32,000 nt of DNA from Psychrobacter cryohalolentis K5 (lineage in GTDB: Bacteria; Pseudomonadota; Gammaproteobacteria; Pseudomonadales; Moraxellaceae), in contig NC_007969.1 of assembly GCF_000013905.1 (NCBI RefSeq), positions 1,710,001-1,742,000 of the forward strand, read 5' to 3'. Below are positions 1 through 10,503 of this stretch, piece by piece. The stretch's first letter is position 1. Each line of letters begins with the position of its first letter. The translations under genes were made by a program, and so were the position numbers. The notes beneath the pieces are model-generated. The model was not told the origin of the DNA. It did not search any database and saw only the letters and a list, made by a program, of their open reading frames with translations.

Positions 1-1049
1 GTATCTGCGCGCACTATGATGAAGTCGCAGAGATTGCCAACGCCAAACAAGCTGAATTATTAAAATCGCATAAGCGCCATATCCCTATTATTGCCACAGG
101 GCATCTGTTCGCTGCCGGCGGCACCACTACTGATGATGATGGTGTTCGTGAGCTATATGTTGGTTCACTTGGTAAAGTCTCCGCTGATATGTTCAGTGAA
201 AGCTTTGATTACGTGGCGCTTGGGCATTTACATGTGCCGCAGCGCGTCGGTGGGCGTGAAACCATTCGATATTCAGGATCACCCATTGCAATGGGCTTTG
301 GTGAGGCGCGCCAGCAAAAGCAAGTATTGCTCATACAGTTTGGCACGGTGCTAAAAAACAAAGAGCTAACACTGGAAAATACCTCTGAGAGCAGCCCTCA
401 TCAGCTGAACAACACCCTTATTAACACTGATAAGACCGTAGAAAAAACCGTTAAAAAAGCAGTCAATCAGGCGGCAAGTTTTATGGATGACCTATTTGCT
501 GATGTCGAGTCTCTAGAAAGTGATCAGCATAGTGAAACGAGTATTGAAGAACCCTCTGAACAAACAGAAGTTATTCTAAGCACTCCTTTCACTTTACCCG
601 CCACGCCACTGCATCATGATACTTCACGTCAGATGCAAGTTATCTCAATGCCTATTCCAAAGTTCCAAAACTTGGCGCAAGTATCAGGTGATTTGGAGAC
701 TATTAATCAAAAAGTTGATAATGTTATTGAAGCTCTGTCTGATACAGAATCGGTCTGGTTAGAGATTATCTACACTGGTGATGAGGTGATTAGCGAATTG
801 CGTGAAAGCATTCAAGCGATGGTAGAAGGCTTGCCGTGTGAGGTGTTAAAAATAAAAAATACGCGCACTTATAACAAAGTACTTAATCAGCAACAAATCT
901 CTGAGACGCTACAAGACTTAAATGAACATGAAGTATTTGAGCGTTGTCTAGCCACTCATAACATCCCCGATGAGCAAAGATTAACCTTGCGAGAGGCTTA
1001 TGAGCAAATCGTTTATGACCTACATCATGCAGATACTCAAGCTGAATAA
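1..1049 (+). CDS. sbcD: Exonuclease SbcCD nuclease subunit SbcD (Mre11-like), 5'-partial; gene starts upstream of the window
   Basis: Frame +3 is open from base 3 with no stop before the listed ORF at 189. The translation contains IIATGHLFAAGG and YVALGHLHVPQ...RYSGSP, which are calcineurin-like phosphoesterase motifs of SbcD/Mre11. sbcC follows 72 bp downstream on the same strand. Confidence 0.9.
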   Translation, partial: ICAHYDEVAEIANAKQAELLKSHKRHIPIIATGHLFAAGGTTTDDDGVRELYVGSLGKVSADMFSESFDYVALGHLHVPQRVGGRETIRYSGSPIAMGFGEARQQKQVLLIQFGTVLKNKELTLENTSESSPHQLNNTLINTDKTVEKTVKKAVNQAASFMDDLFADVESLESDQHSETSIEEPSEQTEVILSTPFTLPATPLHHDTSRQMQVISMPIPKFQNLAQVSGDLETINQKVDNVIEALSDTESVWLEIIYTGDEVISELRESIQAMVEGLPCEVLKIKNTRTYNKVLNQQQISETLQDLNEHEVFERCLATHNIPDEQRLTLREAYEQIVYDLHHADTQAE

Positions 1050-1121
1050 TAGCTAAAACTCATCAGCCTGATACAATTAACCGCAAATTATCATTGATAT
1101 CTATAAAAATAAGACCCTGCC

Positions 1122-4100
1122 ATGCGCCTAATTGAACTCAGACTTAAAAACCTCAACTCCTTAAAAGGCGAATGGCACATTGATTTTAGTGACGCCGCTT
1201 TTCTTAACGAAGGTATCTTTGCTATTACCGGGCAAACAGGCGCTGGCAAGACCACTATTTTAGATGCTATTTGCTTGGCGCTCTACAGCCAAACGCCACG
1301 ACTCGGTGATATTACTGGCTCTACCAATGAGATCATGACCCAAGGTACAGGAGAGTGCTCGGCTGAAGTTATTATCGAGATTGACGCCAAGCAATATCAG
1401 TGTTCATGGTACCAACATCGTGCCCACAAAAAAGCCAAAGGTAACTTATTACCGATTAAGCACGAGATTAGCGAGGTCAAGTCTGGCAAGATTTTAGAAG
1501 AGAAAAAATCCAAAACCTCAGCTTATATTCAAACGCTTATTGGCATGGATTTTAGCCAATTTACCCGCTCCATCATGCTTGCGCAAGGTAGTTTTGCCGC
1601 GTTTTTAAAATCTGATATTGGTGATAGAGCGGCGATTTTGGAGAAAATAACTGGTACCGCTATCTATGCCAAAATCTCACTCAATGTTCATGAGAAAAAA
1701 CGCTTGGAAGAAGATGTGCTCAGTAAGTTGCAGGCAGGCGTTGATGGCTTGTCTTTACTAAGTGTTGAAAACGAAAACCTATTGGAAGCCGATCTAAAAG
1801 TATTGAATCAGCAGCAGAGTACGCAGCGACAAACCTTTAAGACATTAAGTGAGCAGCTACAATGGCTAAATAACATACAACAGCTACAAAGCAACCTGTC
1901 TATTTATCAGAGCGAGTTTGCAAGCGCCCAGCAAGCGCAGCAAGCTTATATTCCAGAGGCTAAGCGTTTAAGTATTGCAAACAAGGCATTAGAGATTGAT
2001 AGCCAGTTTCGTGAGCTTAGCTATCGCCGTGATACGGTCCAGAAGCTTGATATTGAGCAACAGAGTTTGATGAGTCAAATCCCTGCCCAGCAAGAATCGC
2101 TGACGCAAGCTGCTCGCCATTTAGACAATGCCAATACGCTAGAAAAGCAAGCATCAGACAACCTTCAAATAAATTTGCCTCTCATCGCACAGGTACGCGA
2201 ATTAGACAGCAATATAAGGCAACAGTCTCAATCCTTAGGGGAAGATAGTCAGCGAAAGGAATTATTGGCAGGCAATGTACAGATATTAAGCCAAGCCATC
2301 CAAAGTCATCAGCAAACCGCCGATAGCACCAAAACTCAGCTAAATAATATCGACAATTACTTTGACAACTACCCAGAGCTGAGTGACCTTGATACCGATA
2401 TGACAATCTTTGATAGTAGCTGTCAACGATTAAGGGCGCTACTAGAAGATAATGCTAAACTTTCAGCCGCTAGGATGAGTCAACATAGCCATGCCCGCCA
2501 GCTACAAGCGGATTTTGAGATATTGTCTAAACAGCAAGATACTGATCTTTCATTGGTAGCGCAGCGGCGCGAGCAACTGCTAAATCTCCAACAGCAGCAA
2601 GCAGTGATCATTCAAAAGCAGCCGCTTGCTAGTATGCGCGGTGAGCAAGAACAAATCGATCCAATCATCATACAAATTGAGCAGGTGAGCTTTAAGATTA
2701 CACAGCGTTCTCAGCTGATCAGTCAAATCCATAAAATCAATCTCACGCTACCGGTATTGAAGCAAGAGCTGATGGTCTTAGAAGATTTAGTTGCCACTCA
2801 TCGCACCGACATTCAGAGCACTAAGCTTAAAAAACAAGACAAACAGACGCACCTTCATTTACTGCAAAAAATTGCAAGACTTGAAGATTATATCTTGGAG
2901 CTTAAAGACGGTACGCCCTGCCCGCTTTGCGGCGCGCATGAGCATCCTTATGGTAAGCATCATCCGCTATTGGATAGCCAACTTGACAATAAACAAGCAT
3001 TGCCACTAACACAGCAGACCCAGCAGCAAATAGCTGAGCTTGATATACTCATTGAGCATCTCGAACAAGCGTTATCTAAACATCATATCGACCATGCTAC
3101 TAAAAATGAGACCATTAGCAATCAACAGCAGCAGTTAGTAACATTACAGCAGCAGTGTGAGATGTTGAGCAACGACATTCAAGATAGCCTACTTTCACTT
3201 TTTAACGCCAATCAAAATTGTTCCAAAGCGATTGCAGGGATTATTCATCCGCTTTATCAACTGAGTAAGGATATCAATGCGATTGATAATGACGTTGAAC
3301 GCACATTACCTTTACTAAACAGCGTCAAACAAAAGCTACTCGAGCAAAAGCAGTCTCTTAAAGACTTATTGTTTCAACATGATGACTTGACACAAAGCAT
3401 ATCAGAGCTCTCTATTGCTATAGAGAGTGATGAAAAGCAGCATCAGGTATTGATGAGCAAGATCAATCACCTGACGACGGATATCAAGCTACACTCGCAG
3501 AAAATAGACACTACTGAAGATAAAATAGCCACCAACTTTTTGGCATTAACCTCTCTTACTAGCAGTATTCTAACTTTGGCAGATAAGTATCCGGCGGATA
3601 ACTATGCAGAATACTTAAGTATTGATTTTAAAAAAGCAGACATTCAAAGCGCACTTAAGCAATTGGATGCTAGTACTGATGAGAAAACCGTACTAGATAG
3701 CAGTAACTATGAGCGTCATATTGACAGATTACGTCAACAGCGCAGCATGCTAAGTCAGCTAAAAAAATATTTTAACGAGAGAAAAAACAGCCAGCAACAG
3801 CTAACCAATACATTAAGTACAGTGAGCGCTCAAATTGACACTAAGCAAACACAGCTTTGCACGGATGAAAGCGCACTAAAGAATCTCGAACACTTAATAG
3901 CGGACAAAAAGATAGATCTTGAGATGCTCAAGAGCAAAAGAACAGAGCTTTTTTCAGACAAAAACCCAGAGTCAGAAGACACTCTACTGCGCCGCACAGT
4001 GGATGAGGCAAAAGCCAAACAAGCAAATGCTCAAAGACAGCTAGACAGCACGCAGCAAGTATTAGAGCAATTGCAAAACAGACAACGACAGCTATTGGCA

Positions 4101-5033
4101 GAATTGCAGTCTGCTACGACAGCGCTAAATACGCAGCAAGCTGTATTTATGGAGCATCTAACAGCGGCGCAGTTTGTGGATGAAGACGCTTTTACCCGTG
4201 CGCGCCTGCCTAAAGAAGAGCGTGATGCTTTACATACTCGTAAGCTTGCGATTGACAGCGCCTTGCAGCAGGCAAAGTCACAGTTAGATAGCACCCAACA
4301 ATCATTAGAGCAGAACCTATCTCTTGCTATGACGAATGTCAGCCAAGAAATGATTGCCGCCCAACATCAGCATATTCAGATGGAGATTGATCAGCTCAGC
4401 CAACAGATTGGTGCTATTGTTCAAAAGCTCAAAGACAATGAGAACCAAAAAGGTCAACGAGCAACGCAGCTTACCGCCATTAATACGCAAAAAGAGAAGT
4501 TACAAGTTTGGCAGCAGCTGCATACTTTAATTGGTTCAGCCGATGGTAAGAAATATCGTACCTTTGCTCAAGGCTTAACCTTTGAAGTTATGATTAGCCA
4601 TGCCAATAGCCAACTACAAAAAATGAGTGACCGCTATTTGCTGATTCATGATGACAGCAATCCGCTTGAGCTTAATGTGATTGATAACTATCAAGGCGGC
4701 GATATTCGCAGCACCAAAAACTTATCTGGTGGTGAAGGCTTCATTATCAGTCTCGCGCTCGCTCTTGGACTATCTCAAATGGCCAGTCACAACATCCGTG
4801 TGGATTCGCTATTTTTGGATGAAGGTTTTGGCACGCTTGATGAAGAGTCGTTAGATATTGCTCTAGATACCTTGACAGGCTTGCAACAAGAAGGGAAATT
4901 GATTGGTATTATCTCTCATGTACAGGCGTTAAAAGATCGCATTTTGACCCAAATAAAGGTCGAAAAAATATCGGGCGGCTTTAGCCAAATCAGCGGTCAA
5001 GGATGTCGGCGCGTTATGAGTGATAAAGTATGA
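1122..5033 (+). CDS. sbcC: Exonuclease SbcCD ATPase subunit SbcC (Rad50/SMC-like), 1303 aa
   Basis: It has an N-terminal Walker A (GQTGAGKTT), a very long Q/L/E-rich coiled coil and a central zinc hook (CPLCG). The C-terminus carries the ABC signature LSGGEGF, Walker B LFLDEGFGTLD and an H-loop ISHV. It lies immediately downstream of sbcD. Confidence 0.95.
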   Translation: MRLIELRLKNLNSLKGEWHIDFSDAAFLNEGIFAITGQTGAGKTTILDAICLALYSQTPRLGDITGSTNEIMTQGTGECSAEVIIEIDAKQYQCSWYQHRAHKKAKGNLLPIKHEISEVKSGKILEEKKSKTSAYIQTLIGMDFSQFTRSIMLAQGSFAAFLKSDIGDRAAILEKITGTAIYAKISLNVHEKKRLEEDVLSKLQAGVDGLSLLSVENENLLEADLKVLNQQQSTQRQTFKTLSEQLQWLNNIQQLQSNLSIYQSEFASAQQAQQAYIPEAKRLSIANKALEIDSQFRELSYRRDTVQKLDIEQQSLMSQIPAQQESLTQAARHLDNANTLEKQASDNLQINLPLIAQVRELDSNIRQQSQSLGEDSQRKELLAGNVQILSQAIQSHQQTADSTKTQLNNIDNYFDNYPELSDLDTDMTIFDSSCQRLRALLEDNAKLSAARMSQHSHARQLQADFEILSKQQDTDLSLVAQRREQLLNLQQQQAVIIQKQPLASMRGEQEQIDPIIIQIEQVSFKITQRSQLISQIHKINLTLPVLKQELMVLEDLVATHRTDIQSTKLKKQDKQTHLHLLQKIARLEDYILELKDGTPCPLCGAHEHPYGKHHPLLDSQLDNKQALPLTQQTQQQIAELDILIEHLEQALSKHHIDHATKNETISNQQQQLVTLQQQCEMLSNDIQDSLLSLFNANQNCSKAIAGIIHPLYQLSKDINAIDNDVERTLPLLNSVKQKLLEQKQSLKDLLFQHDDLTQSISELSIAIESDEKQHQVLMSKINHLTTDIKLHSQKIDTTEDKIATNFLALTSLTSSILTLADKYPADNYAEYLSIDFKKADIQSALKQLDASTDEKTVLDSSNYERHIDRLRQQRSMLSQLKKYFNERKNSQQQLTNTLSTVSAQIDTKQTQLCTDESALKNLEHLIADKKIDLEMLKSKRTELFSDKNPESEDTLLRRTVDEAKAKQANAQRQLDSTQQVLEQLQNRQRQLLAELQSATTALNTQQAVFMEHLTAAQFVDEDAFTRARLPKEERDALHTRKLAIDSALQQAKSQLDSTQQSLEQNLSLAMTNVSQEMIAAQHQHIQMEIDQLSQQIGAIVQKLKDNENQKGQRATQLTAINTQKEKLQVWQQLHTLIGSADGKKYRTFAQGLTFEVMISHANSQLQKMSDRYLLIHDDSNPLELNVIDNYQGGDIRSTKNLSGGEGFIISLALALGLSQMASHNIRVDSLFLDEGFGTLDEESLDIALDTLTGLQQEGKLIGIISHVQALKDRILTQIKVEKISGGFSQISGQGCRRVMSDKV

Positions 5034-5127
5034 TAAGTTAGCAGGATTGATGACGACATATGATAAAGAAGTACGTTTAAAGGCATTTATTAAATGATAC
5101 TGGCACGGCTATTTAGCATAAAAACAT

Positions 5128-5164
5128 AAAAAAACCACCGTTAACGAATAACGGTGGTTTTTTA
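5128..5164. terminator. Bidirectional rho-independent terminator between convergent sbcC and the glutamate dehydrogenase gene
   Basis: The sequence is AAAAAAACCACCGTTA-acgaa-TAACGGTGGTTTTTT. It forms a perfect GC-containing stem flanked by an A-run on one side and a T-run on the other. Confidence 0.85.
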
Positions 5165-5196
5165 TAATCAAACTATCTATTTACTTACTTGATTCG

Positions 5197-8100
5197 CTAT
5201 TTGGTCACTAAACCACTTAACTCACTCATCAAGACGGATAACGTTGAGAGGCTGATTTGGCTATCATTATTGCTATCAAGTTTGTTCATCTCAGCAGTAA
5301 CGCCGGCAAGCTGGCTAGCATGACGCGATTTCCAATCACTGAAGGCTTGAATGGCATCAGGTTGAGTCAATAACGTCTCCATCAGCATACGTAAGCTGCG
5401 CGATACATCATTGGCAAGCGCATGACGGGCACGGCGATCCCAGTGGTCTTGCTGCGGCAAGATAGCAATATTATCAATCATCCAATCAAGCTGCAAAACG
5501 TGATAGGCCTCAAAGTATAAAGTGGCAATCTCATCAACCGGACGTTCGTACTGCTCTGCTAAGAGGGCAGCATCAAGGGCATCAACATGGTATGGCAACA
5601 TTGCAAACATCGATGCATCATTGATAGAAAGACCATCTTCTATCAAGCTTGTGGTATCGGCTTGCAAGTATTGTGAAAATTGCTGCTCAATAAATCCGCC
5701 TGATTTGGTTAGCTTTTCGACACTGTCTTCAAAACGGCTAATCATATCGGCCACTTGCAAATCTTGTCCAAAGGCATTGATAAACCAGACTACTCCGTTT
5801 TCGAGTGCATCGCGCAGACGCAGTTCAAGCTCAAGCAGCAAAGTGGCATCGACTTGATTGTCAAGTGCTTCAAGTAGCTCCCATGCTTTTGAGACATGGA
5901 ACACATCACGCGCAATGGCATAGCCGCGCACGATAGTGGCAAGCGTTTGTCCTGTTTCTTCATGCAGACGGAATAATGCTTCGATACCCAGACGGTTGAC
6001 CACACTATTGGTCATATACGTACTGATGATTTCACGGTGTAAACGGTGTTCAGTCATCTCATCAAAGAATTTTGATGCCAGCTCATCGGGGAAATATTTG
6101 CGTAATTCATTAACGAAATACGGCGCATCCGGTAAATCTGAGAGCAGTAAGTTGTCATAAACCCACATTTTTCCGTAAGCCATCACAACGGCTAGCTCAG
6201 GATTGGTTAGACCTGTGCCAGATTTTTGGCGTTTAGCAATCTCTTCATCTGATGGCAAATACTCAATCGCTCGATCTAGACGCCCTTCTGCTTCTAACAT
6301 CTGAATAAAGCGCTGATGATCGCTTAAGTTTGCAGCTGCCCGGATTTGACTCAGCTCAATTGCTTGCGGTTGCAGATAGTTTTGACGCAGCACCAATTCG
6401 CTAATGGTCTCGGTCATGCTTTCAAGAAGCTCATTACGCTGCTTCAACGTCATATCACCTTGCTCAACCACTTTGCCAAGTAAGATTTTGATATTGACTT
6501 CATGATCTGAGCAGTTGACGCCGCCTGAGTTATCGATAGCATCAGTATAAATACGTCCACCAGTTTGGGCATACTCGATACGACCTCGTTGCGTGAGGCC
6601 TAGGTTACCGCCTTCACCGACGATAGCCGCACGTAATTCGCCACCGTTGACACGTACGGCATCATTGGCACGATCACCTACGTCAGCATGACTCTCCTCA
6701 CTACTTTTCACATAAGTACCGATACCACCATTCCAAATGAGATCTACTGGCGATTTTAGCAACGCGCTGATAAAGTCATTTGGTGCTAAGCTGTCATCTG
6801 AGATATCAAAAACCGCTTTCATTTCAGGGCTGATAGCAATGGTCTTGTCTTGACGTGAGAAGATACCACCGCCTTGGCTAATGAGAGACTGGTTATAATC
6901 TTCCCATGACGAGCGAGGTAAGTTAAATAAGCGCTCGCGTTCTGCAAAAGACGCTGCTGTATCTGGATTTGGGTCAATAAAAATATGCAGATGGTTAAAG
7001 GCAGCAACCAGTTTGGTATGGGTTGATCTGAGCATACCGTTACCAAAGACGTCACCACTCATGTCGCCAATCGCCACGACGGTAAAATCATCGCGATTTT
7101 GAATGTCCATGCCGCGCATACGGAAGTGGCGCTTGACCGACTCCCAACCACCGCGGGCGGTAATGCCCATCGCTTTGTGGTCATAACCAACCGAGCCACC
7201 AGAAGCAAAGGCATCATCTAGCCAAAAGTTATATTCAGCAGACAAAGCATTAGCGATATCAGAAAAGGTTGCCGTACCTTTATCGGCAGCGACCACCAAA
7301 TACGGATCATCTTCATCATGACGTACGGTATTGGCTGGCGGGACAATCGCACCATCGACGATATTGTCGGTCACATCAAGCATACCGCGAAGGAATGTCT
7401 GATAGCAGGCAATACCTTCAGCTTGGAATACATCACGACCATCCGCCATCGTTTTGGTTTTAACGATAAAACCGCCTTTTGAGCCAACCGGTACGATAAC
7501 GGCATTTTTGACCATTTGTGCTTTAACCAGACCAAGTACTTCAGTACGGAAATCTTCCATACGATCAGACCAGCGCAGCCCGCCGCGAGCGACTTTACCA
7601 CCGCGCAAATGCACTGCTTCAACGCGTGGTGAATAGACAAATATCTCAAACATCGGCTTAGGTTTTGGCAAATTTGGAATATCTGCTGCCAAAAATTTAA
7701 AGGACAAACGATCTTTACGCTGCCCATTCGCCTCTCTTTGATAAAAGTTGGTACGGACCATGGCGTTAATTAAATCCAAGTACCAGCGGAAGATACGATC
7801 TTCATCCAAGCTACTGACACCTGCTAATGCGGTGGTAATCTGTGCTCGAATCTGGCTGGTTTTGCTGGTACGTTCCTCTTCACTATAGTTAGGATTCATT
7901 CGTGCATCAAATAAACTGCCTAATGCGACACTGATGTCACTGTTTTTGACCATAGTTTGTTGAATATAGACATTTGAGAACGGTGCTTTCGCTTGCATCA
8001 TATAGCGTGACAAGGCGCGCAGTACCACCACATCATAAGTATCTAACTTGGTGGTCAATACCAATTCGTTAAGCGAATCACTCTCCACCTGTCCTGCCCA

Positions 8101-10056
8101 AATTTGCTTTAAGCTGTCCTCAAATTGTGCACGCACCACTTGCATATCAATGGTATCAACGTGCTCTAAGACCAGCTCATACTCCTGCATCCAAATAGGT
8201 TGCTCAGGTAAATCAAACTCATAGGTCTGCGCTGAGATAACTGATACCCCGAAGTTCTCTAGTACGGGTAAGACTTTAGATAAGATAACTGCTTTTTGAC
8301 GACCATATAGCTTTAAGTGCAACTGATTGCTTGCGTCACCTGTCGATTGATACAAGTGCCAAATCATCGGCTGCTCATCGCTAAGTCCAGCCAAACGCTT
8401 GGTATCTTCAACGGCAGTACGTGCATCGAATCGCTCTTGGTAAGCGGCAGGGATATAACTTAAAAATCTGCGCGTCAGAGCATTGGCATGCTGCTCACCG
8501 ACATTATCCAGCAGCATTTTTTGATAATTATCACTCCACGACTGCATCAAAAAGGACAGCTTGGCTTGGAGCGCAGCGGTATCCACCTCATGCACTTGAC
8601 CTGGCACTGTACGGACATGCACATGGACGCGGGCATGTTCAGATTCATTAAACTCCGTTGTAAAGCCTGAAGATGTACCACCATAAGCTTCTTTTAGGAC
8701 GTTCTGTACCTTGATGCGAAGTTCGGTATTGAATTTATCACGCGGAATATAGACCAAGCAGGAAACAAAACGCTGGTAATGATCGATACGGCAAAATAAG
8801 CGCAGGCTTTTTTTGTCCTGTAGTTGGCTAATTCCTAGTACTGTCGGGTAAAGATCTTCAATGCTGGCTTGAAACAAGTCATCGCGCGGCAAGGTGTTAA
8901 TGATATGCATCATTTTATGATACGCATGACCATCACGTGGTAGTTTTGCCATCGCCATGATTTTATTGGATTTTTCGCGTAATAATGGAATTTGTTGCAC
9001 GCTTAGTTGATAAGCTTGCGCTGTAAAAAGACCAATAAAACGATGCTCACCGATGAGTTTTCCATTATCATCAAACTTATGAATGCCCAAAAAATCCATA
9101 TAAACTGGGCGATGTACTGGCGATACTCGGCTTGATTTTGACAATACCAATACTTGCGGCGCTGTTAGCAGTCTTTTTAGATTGCTTGGCAGCTCGTCAA
9201 AGCTTTTTGAAAGCTGATCTTCACTACCGCCACGTAATAGCCCAAGCCCACTATTACCAATAGAAAATAAATCCAAATCACTACGGTCGTCTTGGTTGGC
9301 TGTATTGCCAACACTATTAACCTCGATTCTGTGCCCGTCTTCCAAGCGGTACTCTCGATATCCCAAAAAGATAAAGTGATCGTCCAAGACCCAATCTAAA
9401 AATGCTTGAATCTCTTGTTGAGAGTAAAATACTTCCGGCAGTGTTTTTGTAGCAAGTTCCGCTTTTATATCGGTTAGCTTGGCACGTATCTGCTGCCAGT
9501 CATCAACGACGACATCAAGGGTGTCTACTTTTGCCAGCAGCATCTGTTTTAATGCCGCCAATTCATCATTGTCTTGATAAGAGATTTCACAATGAATCAA
9601 AGACATGTGTGAGGTGCCACTTTCTTGAGCGCTTTCAACTTTAGTGATCGCGCCATTTTCATCGCGTTCGACATTGACAATGATATGATAAGTACGATGC
9701 ACATCGATGCCTTGCTCTTCAAGACTCATCAATAGCGTGTCGACCAAAAATGGTCGATCATAGGCAACGATTTGGATAACGGTATGTGAGCTGTGAAAAT
9801 GCTGCTCTTCTGCAATGGGGTTTAATATGGCAAGCTGCGGATGGCTACGATCATAGGCTTTTAATAGCGTAAAATGATGCAGCGCCATCCCAGCCAAATC
9901 AGCATTACTGATGTCCTTTGCAGTCTCTTGATGTAATGGCTGATAGTAGCTATGAATAAAGTGGTCAAATAATGATTTGTCCGCTTGTACATAACTGGTG
10001 GCAATATCGCTTATCTGGCTGATCCGCTCTTTTGCGATATTTAGAGAGTTTGGCAT
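5197..10056 (-). CDS. gdhB: NAD-specific glutamate dehydrogenase, large (about 180 kDa) class, 1619 aa
   Basis: The size and layout match the giant bacterial NAD-GDH family exemplified by Pseudomonas GdhB. A central Glu/Leu/Phe/Val dehydrogenase-like core (VPVGSKGGF, ADKGTATFSD, GDMSGDVFGNGML, GGNLG) is embedded in long N- and C-terminal extensions. An AGGA-type RBS lies just upstream of the ATG. Confidence 0.9.
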   Translation of the reverse strand: MPNSLNIAKERISQISDIATSYVQADKSLFDHFIHSYYQPLHQETAKDISNADLAGMALHHFTLLKAYDRSHPQLAILNPIAEEQHFHSSHTVIQIVAYDRPFLVDTLLMSLEEQGIDVHRTYHIIVNVERDENGAITKVESAQESGTSHMSLIHCEISYQDNDELAALKQMLLAKVDTLDVVVDDWQQIRAKLTDIKAELATKTLPEVFYSQQEIQAFLDWVLDDHFIFLGYREYRLEDGHRIEVNSVGNTANQDDRSDLDLFSIGNSGLGLLRGGSEDQLSKSFDELPSNLKRLLTAPQVLVLSKSSRVSPVHRPVYMDFLGIHKFDDNGKLIGEHRFIGLFTAQAYQLSVQQIPLLREKSNKIMAMAKLPRDGHAYHKMMHIINTLPRDDLFQASIEDLYPTVLGISQLQDKKSLRLFCRIDHYQRFVSCLVYIPRDKFNTELRIKVQNVLKEAYGGTSSGFTTEFNESEHARVHVHVRTVPGQVHEVDTAALQAKLSFLMQSWSDNYQKMLLDNVGEQHANALTRRFLSYIPAAYQERFDARTAVEDTKRLAGLSDEQPMIWHLYQSTGDASNQLHLKLYGRQKAVILSKVLPVLENFGVSVISAQTYEFDLPEQPIWMQEYELVLEHVDTIDMQVVRAQFEDSLKQIWAGQVESDSLNELVLTTKLDTYDVVVLRALSRYMMQAKAPFSNVYIQQTMVKNSDISVALGSLFDARMNPNYSEEERTSKTSQIRAQITTALAGVSSLDEDRIFRWYLDLINAMVRTNFYQREANGQRKDRLSFKFLAADIPNLPKPKPMFEIFVYSPRVEAVHLRGGKVARGGLRWSDRMEDFRTEVLGLVKAQMVKNAVIVPVGSKGGFIVKTKTMADGRDVFQAEGIACYQTFLRGMLDVTDNIVDGAIVPPANTVRHDEDDPYLVVAADKGTATFSDIANALSAEYNFWLDDAFASGGSVGYDHKAMGITARGGWESVKRHFRMRGMDIQNRDDFTVVAIGDMSGDVFGNGMLRSTHTKLVAAFNHLHIFIDPNPDTAASFAERERLFNLPRSSWEDYNQSLISQGGGIFSRQDKTIAISPEMKAVFDISDDSLAPNDFISALLKSPVDLIWNGGIGTYVKSSEESHADVGDRANDAVRVNGGELRAAIVGEGGNLGLTQRGRIEYAQTGGRIYTDAIDNSGGVNCSDHEVNIKILLGKVVEQGDMTLKQRNELLESMTETISELVLRQNYLQPQAIELSQIRAAANLSDHQRFIQMLEAEGRLDRAIEYLPSDEEIAKRQKSGTGLTNPELAVVMAYGKMWVYDNLLLSDLPDAPYFVNELRKYFPDELASKFFDEMTEHRLHREIISTYMTNSVVNRLGIEALFRLHEETGQTLATIVRGYAIARDVFHVSKAWELLEALDNQVDATLLLELELRLRDALENGVVWFINAFGQDLQVADMISRFEDSVEKLTKSGGFIEQQFSQYLQADTTSLIEDGLSINDASMFAMLPYHVDALDAALLAEQYERPVDEIATLYFEAYHVLQLDWMIDNIAILPQQDHWDRRARHALANDVSRSLRMLMETLLTQPDAIQAFSDWKSRHASQLAGVTAEMNKLDSNNDSQISLSTLSVLMSELSGLVTK

Positions 10057-10503
10057 ATCCTTTGTCCTTGCGCTTTTTTATAAGCTTCTTATTTAGGTGT
10101 TATGTCTTATGTATTGTGAATAATTAAGTTTGAACTTATTGATCATTAGCAATCATGGTTTGTCTGACTCCCGCTATACGAACTATTTTGTGAGGTTTAA
10201 CAGGTCTATGAGTAAATAATTTCACTCAAGGCTATCTCTCAGGTGGAATTGTAACGCACCTGCTGTCATAGCTAAAGCGTACAACATCATTTCATGAATC
10301 AGTGAGATGTCGATAACATTTACTAATGAGACGATTGTGATTTGATACGGCTGAATATAGACGGACAGGCGCATAGCTATGACACATAGTCATGACAATG
10401 GCAGCATTTTTTTGTTAGAATAGCGCAGAATATTGGACAGTATTTTGCTGGCTCGCTATTAACTCACTTATTATGAATTTTAATGCTAAGGGCAAGAGGT
10501 ATG

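Noticed and set aside
91-354. 87-aa ORF at 91-354 overlapping the sbcD frame.
   Set aside because: It is out of frame within the well-supported sbcD coding sequence and has low-complexity hydrophobic content.
5522-10056. Many 60-118-aa ORFs nested in or antisense to the giant GDH gene (for example 5522-5857, 7371-7727, 8421-8651). Similar ones occur inside sbcC, purD, lysS, prfA, argD and aspA.
   Set aside because: They are fully contained within long, motif-supported genes. They have odd Cys/Arg/Ser-rich composition and no RBS evidence, which is typical of shadow ORFs.
10057-10503. Riboswitch (ZTP/pfl or purine) upstream of purD, and an NAD-type riboswitch upstream of pnuC (25539-25852).
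   Set aside because: I could not find the conserved core sequences of these RNA families by eye. This cannot be excluded without a covariance-model scan, so it is not reported as a feature.
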